DNA from: Neophaeotheca triangularis
Lineage: Eukaryota
Reading direction: 5' to 3'
Length of the DNA stretch: 45,373 nucleotides
Assembly: GCA_054600435.1 (NCBI GenBank)
Contig: BAAIJX010000098.1
Location: 1-45,373 of the forward strand
Shown here: piece by piece, positions 31,755-42,015 of the stretch
How the letters are laid out: each line of letters begins with the position of its first letter
How positions within the stretch are numbered: position 1 is the first letter of the stretch
Notes under the pieces: generated by a model
Told to the model about the DNA's origin: nothing
What the model saw: the letters and a program-made list of their open reading frames with translations, nothing else
Databases searched by the model: none
Position numbers and translations under genes: made by a program

Positions 31755-34700
31755 ATGGCTACCAACCATGATGCCGACTTCCGCTCTTTCAGCGGGCAGG
31801 AGCAAACGGCAGAGCCCTCGCTCAACTCAACGGCACAATCTTCAAGTCATTTCACGAGCCACAGCTCGACTTCCTCGCAGCATCGGAATACGACAACACG
31901 AGCACATTCGTCCCCCAATACTTCCTCTTCCTCCGTTCCTCAGCTCAAGAAGCAGCCTTCGAGCAACCTTGGCCAAGTAGCGCAATCCGAGTCGGGCAGC
32001 ACCAGTCCGAGAACGTCGCGCAGCACCTCACCAGTCCGGAGGGAAAGTCGCCCTCAACCAGTGGCAACGCCATTGTCTGCTGCAGCGGTTCAAAGAGCTT
32101 TATCGGCTAGCAATGTGCCGCAGTTGCAGTCGGGCCCGGTATCAGAAGCAGTATCCAAGTTGCCACGTGCGCAGCGCACCGCTCAAACGTCTGGAGACAC
32201 CACGCTCCAATGGCCTGTGTCGCCACGCATCAAGTCACCTCCCCCCTCCGCATCAAGTTCGCGGAGAGGATCTGCTGTCACGCAGCAGAAAAAGCCAGAT
32301 GCCACTGCCACGCCGAACATTGTAGTACAAGGGTCCACACCAGCCAACGCGAATGGTCCAACCAAGCAAGGAACACCTGAGAACGGCAAGGGGGATCAGC
32401 CGCAGCAAAGCCCACAAGCACTACAGCCATCCAAGCCACTTTCTAGAGGTCCTAGCGGGAAGTCTACATTAGAAACGGTGCAGGAGAACAGCGCCGACTC
32501 GACGGTAGAAGCAAGTCCGGCTGCCAAACGCGCATCTGCAGAGTTGAAACCGTTTCCAAAAGTGTTCGACGATGAGAAGCAGACTTCTCCAAACGACAAA
32601 GCTCCTGGTGACAAAGCTTCTGGTGAAAATGAGAAGCATGGTAAGATGGGCGAGAGCGGTAGTGACAGTGGTGGCACACGGGAGGGGAAGAGAGGCCGTA
32701 CCTCTTCACATGTCAAGACCGATCAAACCACTGCCACTGGAACTAAAGCTACTACCAACAAGAATGCGTCGTACACTGGTCTTTCTGCAGGCAAACCGCG
32801 ACAGACCGAAGGCACGCGAAACATGACGGTCGAAACAGAAACAGTCAGCTCCATTCCGCAATCGGCCCTCAATCCTGGCGACAGGAATGGAGCCATGAGA
32901 GGAGAAAACAGTGGCAGCGTGAGGCTGAAGCCGAGCAACGAAACTATTCGGCCAAAGAAGGAGCGCAAGAAGCCTTCGCAGAAGGCTAGAAGCGTCAATC
33001 AAGGCACAGGTACGCTACAAACTTCCAAATCACCTTTGTTGTTGCAACGCCACTCGTTTGAAGACTTTAGTGAAGATACAACGGCAGTGGCGCCATCTGT
33101 GAATTCTTCAACTGCTTCGTCCGGCAACGAAGCTGAGCCTGCGTCTTCGGCGCCTGCTCTGCAACCAAGCCGCTTTTCTTCCCTTTATGCGACGCCCATG
33201 AGGCGAATGCTTGGCACTCTTCGTTCTGCGTCTTATCAGCAATACATGTCACGGAATGCGCCTAACCAACGTGTGCGTAAAGCCTCCTCGAAAGCCGACA
33301 TATTTGAAGCCCGTGTCGCCAGCGCCGTCGATGAAGCAAACTCGTCTGACTCGGATGAGACGTTCGTTTACGAGTCAAATCCGCCAGAAACCCAACGCCG
33401 TACACGACATCACTCCCGAACGCCGAGCGTCACGTCGGCTCACAGCGCCGTGAATGAGCATCGCGGTCCGGGAACTAGAGGGTTTAGCGAGAATGCTGAT
33501 GAACGCAAGGTAGCTGGAAAACGTAGCATGAAGTTCTCCAACAACCCCTACAATGATCCGGACACTCCAGGCGAGCGTCAAGACGGCACCGCACGGTCTC
33601 ATCAACCACGCCACTATGGTCGCTTCGGGCGAGGCGGCAGCCATGCCTCCATGTTTGATCCGGACTCGCCATTTACACAGGCGTCAAAACTGAGGAGTGG
33701 TCATCTGAACCCGAGACATTCTAGGCCGAATTCTCCTCGAAGTCCGCAAAGCATCAGCGTCAACTCAAGGACCCCTACTGGTGGACTTTTCAATGGGAGA
33801 AAGAACGAGTCTAGCTTCGATTTCGACGCCGAGGGTGCAGATGACGAGCGCACACCCCTCGTGGGCTCAGTGCGAGCACGGAGGAGCGGTCGTGCGCCAC
33901 CAAGTCGCTTGAACAGCGGGAGTGCGCGTTCAATCGATGAGTACTATGGTGTACGACAACATTCCCGTTGTGGTCGCTTTAGCGGCTGCGTGCTAGGCTC
34001 CATCGTGTTTGCGGTCGTAGTCATCAGCGCCATCGTATTCTTGGTCATGTCAAATCGACCTATGTACGACACTCGCATTGACAGGATACAGAACGTCCTC
34101 GCCAGCGAGCAGGAAATCATGCTCGACCTCCTTGTCGGATCAGTGAATCCCAACGCATTGGGAATTGCTGTCGCTGACATGGATATTAATGTGTTTGCAA
34201 AGAGTGGCAGAGTGGGCGGTAGCGACGGGCATCAGAAGGGCAAACGCGATCATGACATTTGTGGGGGGAAGAGGGAATCTGCAACCAGTGCATCACAGCT
34301 TCGACACAAGGAAAGACGGAGGCTACAAGCTGAGGCCTCGGCGTTGGATTTTTCCCCAGATCAGAGCTCGACGGCGGACAAGAATCCAAACCCATGGCAG
34401 GACCTTTCGGGTCACTGGCATTCTCCCTCGGCAAGCGACAGTCGAGACGATGGCACCGATCCTCCTGACTTGGAGCATGACGCTCAGACTATGCTTTTAG
34501 GCCGCATTTTCCACTTCGACACATCCTTGAGCTTCGAAGGCTCACCCATCAAGCGACACCTCCACTACAGTGTCGGGGAACTACGACTAGCCAAACCTGG
34601 CAACAAGACCGAGACTGGTGGTTCAGCAAGATGGGAGAAGGTACTACAAGAACCATTCGAGCTCATCGTCCGAGGCGTACTCAAGTATGGACTCCCAATC

Positions 34701-34898
34701 TCCGGACGAGAACTGAGCGCTGCTGTCGGTGCAAGTATCTGCGTGCACCCCGAAGATGGTGTCGACGATGAGGGCAGGATGAGGCTAAGCGTCCCGAACC
34801 ACGAAGATGACTGGCAGTGGATCGACTGGCCACCGGAAGATGACGAGCCAGCTTTGCTGGAGGGCGAAAAGGCGGGCAAGATATCAGCAGAGCAGTGA
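31755..34898 (+). CDS. VAC7: Vacuolar segregation protein Vac7 (Fab1/PI(3,5)P2 regulator); probable in-frame intron 33010-33282
   Basis: Motifs MTVETETVSSIPQ, LKPSNETIRP, SSKADIFEARVASAVDEANSSDSDETFVYESNP, a single TM segment, IQNVLASEQEIMLDL and PFELIVRGVLKY. First ATG at 31755. Confidence 0.9.
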   Translation: MATNHDADFRSFSGQEQTAEPSLNSTAQSSSHFTSHSSTSSQHRNTTTRAHSSPNTSSSSVPQLKKQPSSNLGQVAQSESGSTSPRTSRSTSPVRRESRPQPVATPLSAAAVQRALSASNVPQLQSGPVSEAVSKLPRAQRTAQTSGDTTLQWPVSPRIKSPPPSASSSRRGSAVTQQKKPDATATPNIVVQGSTPANANGPTKQGTPENGKGDQPQQSPQALQPSKPLSRGPSGKSTLETVQENSADSTVEASPAAKRASAELKPFPKVFDDEKQTSPNDKAPGDKASGENEKHGKMGESGSDSGGTREGKRGRTSSHVKTDQTTATGTKATTNKNASYTGLSAGKPRQTEGTRNMTVETETVSSIPQSALNPGDRNGAMRGENSGSVRLKPSNETIRPKKERKKPSQKARSVNQGTGTLQTSKSPLLLQRHSFEDFSEDTTAVAPSVNSSTASSGNEAEPASSAPALQPSRFSSLYATPMRRMLGTLRSASYQQYMSRNAPNQRVRKASSKADIFEARVASAVDEANSSDSDETFVYESNPPETQRRTRHHSRTPSVTSAHSAVNEHRGPGTRGFSENADERKVAGKRSMKFSNNPYNDPDTPGERQDGTARSHQPRHYGRFGRGGSHASMFDPDSPFTQASKLRSGHLNPRHSRPNSPRSPQSISVNSRTPTGGLFNGRKNESSFDFDAEGADDERTPLVGSVRARRSGRAPPSRLNSGSARSIDEYYGVRQHSRCGRFSGCVLGSIVFAVVVISAIVFLVMSNRPMYDTRIDRIQNVLASEQEIMLDLLVGSVNPNALGIAVADMDINVFAKSGRVGGSDGHQKGKRDHDICGGKRESATSASQLRHKERRRLQAEASALDFSPDQSSTADKNPNPWQDLSGHWHSPSASDSRDDGTDPPDLEHDAQTMLLGRIFHFDTSLSFEGSPIKRHLHYSVGELRLAKPGNKTETGGSARWEKVLQEPFELIVRGVLKYGLPISGRELSAAVGASICVHPEDGVDDEGRMRLSVPNHEDDWQWIDWPPEDDEPALLEGEKAGKISAEQ

Positions 34899-35479
34899 CG
34901 AGCGTGGCACTTGCTGGGCAGCGGGCATTTTCAAGCGTTCTTAGCGAAACGGTGGCTCCTTTGAGAGCATTTGGGCGGAATCAATCAGAACGAGATGGTA
35001 TCCCTCGGCATGGCAAATGTTGGAAAGAAAGGGCTTAGCTGCACACTCTCTCACTGCTGAATCTACCTTCTTGCTTCACATCATATTCGACCACCTGTCA
35101 CTGTTGCGCTACATATTACATCCACAACTCCGTGACCCCAACCTCGAGCATTCGCAGACGACTGCCAAGACATACAATCGGGGACGGGATTAGGCTAGCG
35201 GCTGGTGCCGGGTCTAGTATTCGCTAGAGCAACGTCAGCCCTCAGCGACACCTTCACTTCACCAAAATAACGCGCAATGTCAGAGGGGATTACTGCTTGC
35301 AACCTGTGAGTATCGTTTAATTTAGCGAACCGCCAATGGCAAAGAAGCCAAAATTGAGCTTCTCCTAGCCCTATCTCTCGCCAAAGCGCAACGCGCCTCG
35401 CATTCGCTCCGGCCCTCGATGAAGTGGTAGCTCGACTTCACACCGTCCTCAACGACCTACCAACCCCATTCCTATCATC

Positions 35480-36838
35480 ATGAATCCCGCCGATCTCACT
35501 CTGCCCAATGAGTCGCCGAGCTTGGCAACTAAATCCTTCCCTACCCCCACTTCGGTACAACAAAAAGCGAACGGCCTCGGCATCACCACAAACGGCCTTT
35601 CCAATGGCAAACCCTCCGTCCCACGCGTGGACCTCGAACCAATCTATTCCCAGCTCAAAAGCGCCCTAGGAGACAAATGGGCAGAATACAAAAGCGCTAT
35701 CGCGGCGTTCATCATGGGTCAAATCAACCAGGCGGAGCTCAGCTGGGTGGTGGGGGTATATCTCTCACCAGCACCGTCTGTTATTGTCGCCTCGAGCCCT
35801 GCCGCGTCACCGGTCTCGACACTTCAGCTGCATAACACGCTTGTCGCCTGCCTTGCCGCGAACTTGGTGCGCGATCCTCCACCGACAGAGATAGCTCCGT
35901 GGGTCGTTGCTACGGACAAGCCTGCCACAAGCGCCAAGACGGCTGGTGCCAGTGGTGGAGCAGGAGGTGCAGGCGACAAGGCTGAAGAGAGGTTGAAGAA
36001 GGAGACCATGGCGCTACATGCGCGGGATAGAAGGCGTATCAAGACCACAAAGGACGGGGTGAGGGTTGTTGAGACGTCGCTGAAGGACTTGCAGGAATAC
36101 CGAGATGAACTGGCCGTGAAGCCACCCTCAAATTCTACCACGGATGGCAGCACGGGCGCGGGTGGACTTGGTAAGACCAATTGGGATCTGGAAATCAGGA
36201 GACGCTATGCGCAGCCCATGGCGGCGGAGACGCTGGAATTTCCGACCATGGGCGACGTGCAGAACCGGATCGAACCCATCTGCTACGAGGAAGGTGTCAT
36301 TAGCACCCCGGCCGCTAATGGCGGTCTGCAGGCATGCGCCGAGTTGATTGAGCAAGCTACCGAAGTCTATCTCAAAGCCCTGCTGGGCGACCTCTGTGGC
36401 CACACTCGCAGCAACCATACGGAAGAAGGCGTTCAGACTTCGAATTTCAAGAAGAGGCTACGCAAGGAGGAGGAGGAGGCAGAGCGAGGCGCTGTCCAGC
36501 GCAGTGCGGCAGGACTGCTGCCAGTGGAAATGGAGGTGCAAGCGAGCCGCACGCCTCTGGGCCTAGATGATTTGCGCTTAGCTCTCGAAGTCCGAGACGA
36601 TTTTGTGCGCCAGGATCGCTATCTGAAGGAGGAAATCGTGCTAGGACGATGGCCAGATGTGGGCGGCAAAGGACCGACGAGGACACCTAAGCTCACGAAC
36701 GGTATTCCCGGCCACGCGGACGCTGTTACTAATGGTGATGTTGCGGCGCATAGCGATGAGTGGGCTTGGTCGGGTACTTCCAGGCACGATCAGGACGAGC
36801 TCATGGGCGCATTGGATGACGTGCTCGGCAGCGACTAG
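35480..36838 (+). CDS. HFI1: SAGA complex subunit Ada1/Hfi1 (SAGA-Tad1 domain)
   Basis: Motifs PRVDLEPIYSQLKSALGDKWAEYK, LHNTLV and histone-fold region ETLEFP..RIEPICYEEGV..QATEVYLK. Confidence 0.88.
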   Translation: MNPADLTLPNESPSLATKSFPTPTSVQQKANGLGITTNGLSNGKPSVPRVDLEPIYSQLKSALGDKWAEYKSAIAAFIMGQINQAELSWVVGVYLSPAPSVIVASSPAASPVSTLQLHNTLVACLAANLVRDPPPTEIAPWVVATDKPATSAKTAGASGGAGGAGDKAEERLKKETMALHARDRRRIKTTKDGVRVVETSLKDLQEYRDELAVKPPSNSTTDGSTGAGGLGKTNWDLEIRRRYAQPMAAETLEFPTMGDVQNRIEPICYEEGVISTPAANGGLQACAELIEQATEVYLKALLGDLCGHTRSNHTEEGVQTSNFKKRLRKEEEEAERGAVQRSAAGLLPVEMEVQASRTPLGLDDLRLALEVRDDFVRQDRYLKEEIVLGRWPDVGGKGPTRTPKLTNGIPGHADAVTNGDVAAHSDEWAWSGTSRHDQDELMGALDDVLGSD

Positions 36839-37586
36839 AGATCGCATCCAGGGTTGGCTGGAAATGCTGGTGCGGGAACTGGGCTGGACAGAACGCAGGG
36901 TGATGAAGCGGAAAGATGAGGGGCGTTTAGTGACTTCTTGAGCGAAAAGGTGCTTTCAAGATACCCAAGGCTACGCAGTCCACCATTTGGCGTTTGGCGG
37001 GGGCGGGCTTGACACACTGTAATTACTGGCGTACCACACTATCAATATGAACAGATCTATCTTTGACCCCCTCTTCTTTTTTTGACACATTTTCATGGCG
37101 TGTTGCTCTCGATCGGAACGGCCTCGACGCTGTTTGAGCTTTGTGGCAGCTCGTTCCCGTTCCGAGCTGGACAGCACGCTAGAGCCAGCTCAAGAGTCAA
37201 GACTGAAGTGGGCCTCAAAAACCGGGTCTTGGCAAAATGCTGGTGCGAACCCCGCCCGCCCATCGGCGGACCCCGTAGTTCCCGACTACCCGACAGTGGA
37301 GGTACCTGTAACTTGTATTGATTTTTATTATTACAAGACTTATTATTATCGTAGCGTGTGTGGCGCAAGAAAGTCGACTTTTTTTGCAGCAAAGTACTGT
37401 ATCTACGCGTACAGTATACTCCCGGCGGGCCAAATCTACCTTAATCGTTATTCGCCTCGTGATATCGCTTGCCCTGCTGCTCTCAGACCAATCGCCTTTG
37501 GTTCCCCCCCCCTCTCTCTGTGCCACATTGTCCAATACTGTACCTACCTAGGCATTCATTATTGCCTTATCTACTTCCACTCCATA

Positions 37587-39125
37587 ATGAACCAGCTAGT
37601 GCCTCCACAATCCTTCCAACCGACTGCCGCCACTACTACTTTTGCACCTCAGCAACACCACCAACAATACCAACAGCAGCAACAGACTCAGACTCAGACT
37701 CAGACTCAGACTCAGACTCCCCCTCCGCCGTCTGCAGCAGCTGTCACTACTGCTAGTGGTCAGCAGTTTGCAGGTGTAGGTGCAGGTGGAGCCTACTATC
37801 ATCCGCAACCGCCACCGCAACCGCAACCGCAACCGCAACCGCAACCCACCTTTCAGCCGCAGCAGTACCCTCCCCTGCACGATCACGGCGGTACACACCA
37901 GCACCAAGCTTATCTCTCCCACCTACCGCCCGACCACCAGCAGCAGCAGCAGCAGCAGCAGTCGTACCACGAATATGGCAACACACAGCAAAGGAGTAGC
38001 AGTGCCGAGCAGCCGGGAGGAAACGTGATGCAGCAGCACCACCACTTCCCGCACACTCACTTTAACAACAATGGTAAGCCTCTTTAATTCAAATAGCCCT
38101 ATATCCTTCCTACCCTGCCGTGCCCTATGTGGCAATATGCTTATTACGTGCATGTCATGTACCACCGAGCATACGCGATATAGGCTGGCGAGTCAGAAGC
38201 GCCACCACTCACTCCTCGTTATCAGCCCCACTAACAACATGTTCCCCATGCAGCGAATCCCTATACCAACGCGCCTTACTCGCAATCCATACCCGCTCAC
38301 GTACCGACGTCGGCTACAACAGCGCCACCCCAGCATGCCGACCTGAGGCATAGCGCGAGTGCTTCACCCCACAATCGCTTCTCTCCTCATGCGGGTTTCC
38401 AACCACCACCACCGCAGCAGCAGCAGCAGCACTACCACTCGCAGCAAACCTCTCCTGCACCAGCAAAGTACCCCATGGCCGCCCCGCCGCTTCCCCAAAC
38501 CCCCTCGATGACCAACCAACCACAACTTACCTCAAACCCCACCCCACCAGCCGGAATAGACTCCCCCTCGACACCTCAATATCAGCCTCAACCACAACCT
38601 CAACCTCATCAACCTCATCAACCTCAACAACAACAACCTCACGCCCAATCCCCCACAACCCCAAACCCACCCCCCAACCCCCCAACCTCCCACCTCGAAA
38701 CCCGCCGCATCACCCTCCTCCTCCAAATAAACCACCACCTCATCTCTGAAATCTCCCGCCTGCAAACCCTCGGCGAAGGCGGCGTAATCAACCCGCAACA
38801 ACTATCCGCGCAAAAAGCCTCGGGCGGCCCGGACAAAGTCGCCTCGGAAGACTACATCCAATGCCTGCGCCGCGTGCAAGCCAATCTCGCCTACTTGGCA
38901 CCGCGAGCCGATGCGAGAATGGATGCGAAGACGCCGCCGGGGCCTGCACACATGACGGCGCCGGCGCAGTTGCTCGAGGGCGAGGTGGGGAGGTTGTATG
39001 CCGAGTTGGCCGAGCTTTTTCCCGGGTGGACTGGGTTGGATGGGAAGGGCGGCATGGGGAGGCCGAATGGGTTGGGTGGCGGGAGTAGGACGAATTCTAG
39101 TGGTGGGGGAACGCCGGCTGCGTAG
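37587..39125 (+). CDS. Q/P-rich protein with C-terminal Snf11/SS18(SSXT)-like domain, candidate SWI/SNF subunit; exons 37587-38073, 38254-39125
   Basis: A GTAAGC...CTAAC...CAG intron joins the Q/P-rich ORF in frame to ORF 38475-39125. RITLLLQINHHLISEI...YIQCLRRVQANLAYLA resembles the SS18/GIF and Snf11 signature (recalled, not searched). Confidence 0.7.
37683..37845 (+). repeat. Coding hexanucleotide repeats (CAGACT)6 at 37683-37718 and (CAACCG)n at ~37803-37845
   Basis: Directly visible; they encode QTQTQT and QPQPQP. Confidence 0.9.
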
Positions 39126-39476
39126 CTTTTCTTCTCTGATTTTCCCTCGAGGGCTTTAGAAGACTGGGGGAAGTTTGTTGGAAATTATGGAGTTGGGGTG
39201 GCGTGGGCGTTGACGAGTGGGTGAAGCGGTGTTTGATCGGGTGGCTCTGCACAAATGAGTGTGCTCTTGTTATTATATACCCAACTCTCTCTCCCTGTCT
39301 CTGCGTGTAAGAACAGAAGCTGTAAAGTACCCGCCGGAACCCCATTTTTCCTAATTTCCTCCCATTGCCACGCCCAAAACTCCTCCCAGCGCCACGCTAA
39401 AGAGGAAAACCCCCATCCCCCAACCTCGCCCTATCTCCAGTCGCATGAAATTGCACCAGAATAGATGACAATCAAA

Positions 39477-40689
39477 TCAAATCAACTTCAACGGCCTCTG
39501 CCAATTCCCCTTGGGCACATGCTGCAAATAGCGACTTTTCAAATCCGGCCTCTGCAAGCGCCTAAAAGCCTCCTGAATGTGCTTCGTGCTGACGGGACTC
39601 CGAGCCTCCATGGGCGGATCGAAAAGGCCGGGCTCCCTGCGGCGTTTCTTGCCGCGCAGCTTCTCCTCCTCCCCGCCATCCAAGCCCTCCCTCTTGACCG
39701 CGTCCTCGGCGACCTTGACCCGCAGCGCCTCCTCGGTCAGTAAAGTCACAATCTCGTAAGTCAGGAAGCCGAGGATGTCGACAATGTCGTCGTTGGGTTT
39801 GGAGTCGGTGACGACGCCGAAACCGGCCCATTCGCGGAAACGCTTGCCTTTGCGGAAGGTGAAGGAGGCTTGTCGGCACTCGCTGAAGTGCAGGTACTCT
39901 TCGGCGTTCATGCCCTTGGTGCGCTCGTCGGCGGTGCGTAGCCGTTGCAGAGTGGCCGCGTTCATCTCGTCCTCTTCCTCGTCCTCCTCGTCCTCGCGCT
40001 CGGGCACTTGCTCCGGGTAGAAACTGCCGACGTCCCAGGGCAGGCCGACTTTGGCTTTCTTGTTGCCGCCGCCGCCGCCGCCGCCGCCGCCGGTTTTGGC
40101 ATTGCGCGTGCCGACTGCGGGACCCGTGCCTAAAGTGGGGTCGTTGGCCGCGAGGTCGAAGTCTTCGGCGCCTTCGATGCCGCCGCCGCCGCCGCCGCCT
40201 TTTTCGTCCGAGTCTTTGGCGCTTTTGCGCACGTCTTTCCAGCTCAGAAAGGTGCGGAGGCGCGAGACTTTGGCTTTGTCGTGGCGGATTAGGAAGATTA
40301 GGTCGTCGGTGCTGATTGTGCGGACGCCACGGCGGGCTGCTAAGGCTGTGGCGCGGGTGAGCTGTGGGGAGGGAAAGAGGTTAGTGGCGTGGTGGCTTGG
40401 TGGGAGGGAAGAGAGGGGGTCTCGTTGTATTGTTGACTGTTTGCGTACCATTTCCATTACTTGTTGTTGGACTATGCCTTCGATCATCGTTGTGGTTTCG
40501 GGGGCGACGTCGGCCGTTTCGCCCGAGACGAACATCATCTGGGGTTGGGCATGTTAGTTGGGGTGTTTGATGCTGTGATAGAGGGCGGTTCTCGAGGCCG
40601 CTTTGCTCTTCATTAAGCACGAGAGAACGGTTCGACGATTTGCTTACCTGTTGGATCTCGGTTCGATACTTGGCCTTTGAATCTGCCAT
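39477..40689 (-). CDS. SPT3: SAGA complex subunit Spt3; exons 40689-40648, 40538-40449, 40361-39477
   Basis: Motifs [67 protein letters not shown] and DILGFLTYE. Confidence 0.95.
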
Positions 40690-41056
40690 GTTTACGGTGA
40701 ATGCTGTGGTAACGCGAGACTTGCACACTAAAGCCTCACTCGCAGTCGCTTCTTCAATATTCCGATCTTCTCACTGTAGACTGGAAAAGAGAGCTGTTTC
40801 GCAGCATGGTATGATACTCTCGAGAACTTCCGTGCATAGCTCCAATGGCTAGTACACATAGTACTGTAGGCAGGTCGTCGAACAGTAGCGCCTCCGATAA
40901 GCGCACAGATCAACAGCTTATCTGGAAAATCAATGGCATTTGCATGTGACGATTCCTCCGGGGAACTCTGGAAATCTTAGACTCAGCGATCAATCAGGGA
41001 ACACCGACATCATCCTTAGCTTCACTTGTCAACGACCGCGAGGTTCAAACCCAAAA

Positions 41057-42015
41057 ATGCTCTACATCATCGGGCTCGGCCTAGCCGACGAAAAGGACAT
41101 CACAGTCAACGGCCTGGAAATCGTGCGCAAAGCCGAACGCGTCTACCTCGAAGCCTACACGGCCATCCTCCTCGTCGACAAAGACGCACTGGTACATACC
41201 CCCTCCCCTCCCTCTTCCGCCTGCAACCAACAGAGACAACAGTCCCTTCTGAAGAGCATCTGAATCTGACAAGCCCACCACCCGCACAGTAGGAAAGCTA
41301 CTATGGCCGGCCCATCATCCTCGCGGACCGCGAAATGGTGGAATCGCAATCCGACGAAATCGTAGCGGGCGCCGACAGCAGCGACGTCGCCTTCCTCGTC
41401 GTCGGCGACCCCTTTGGCGCCACAACGCACACGGATCTCGCGCTGCGGTGTCGGCAGAACTCGCCCCCGATCCCCACGCGTTCAATCCCCAACGCTTCCA
41501 TCTTGACGGCCGTGGGCGCTACCGGCTTGAGTCTGTACACCTTTGGCCAGACGGTGAGTATGGTGTTTTTCACCGACAGCTGGAAGCCGGATTCCTTTTA
41601 CGATCGCATCGCGGAGAATGCTGGGCTCGGGTTTCATACGCTGGTGTTGTTGGATATTAAGGTCAAGGAGCCGGATTTGGTGGCTATGGCCAAGGGGAAG
41701 ATTGTCTATGAGCCGCCGCGGTTTATGACGGTGGCGCAGTGTGCGGAGCAGATGCTGGAGGTTGAGGGGATCAGGGGGCAGGGGGTTTGTGGGAGGGAGC
41801 GGCTGGCGGTTGGGGTTGCGAGGTTGGGGTCGGCGGACCAGAGGATTGTGGCGGGGACTTTGGAGGAGTTGGCTCAGGTGGATCTGGGGAAGCCTTTGCA
41901 TAGTTTGGTGCTTTGCGGGCGGAAGATGCATGAGATGGAGTGGGAGTATGTGAGGGGGTTCGCAGTGGACCAGGCCAAATTTGATGAGGTTTGGAAGAGG
42001 GAATATGGGTCATGA
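41057..42015 (+). CDS. DPH5: Diphthine methyl ester synthase; exons 41057-41191, 41293-42015
   Basis: Motifs [60 protein letters not shown] and GKPLHSLV. The intron must use the TAG at 41290-41292. Confidence 0.96.

Noticed and set aside
37095..37586. 164-codon in-frame extension upstream of the Snf11-like gene
   Set aside because: It starts only ~260 bp after the ADA1 stop and crosses AT-rich, TAT-repeat, promoter-like sequence with implausible composition. ATG 37587 (ataATG) is preferred, though this is not excluded without TSS data.
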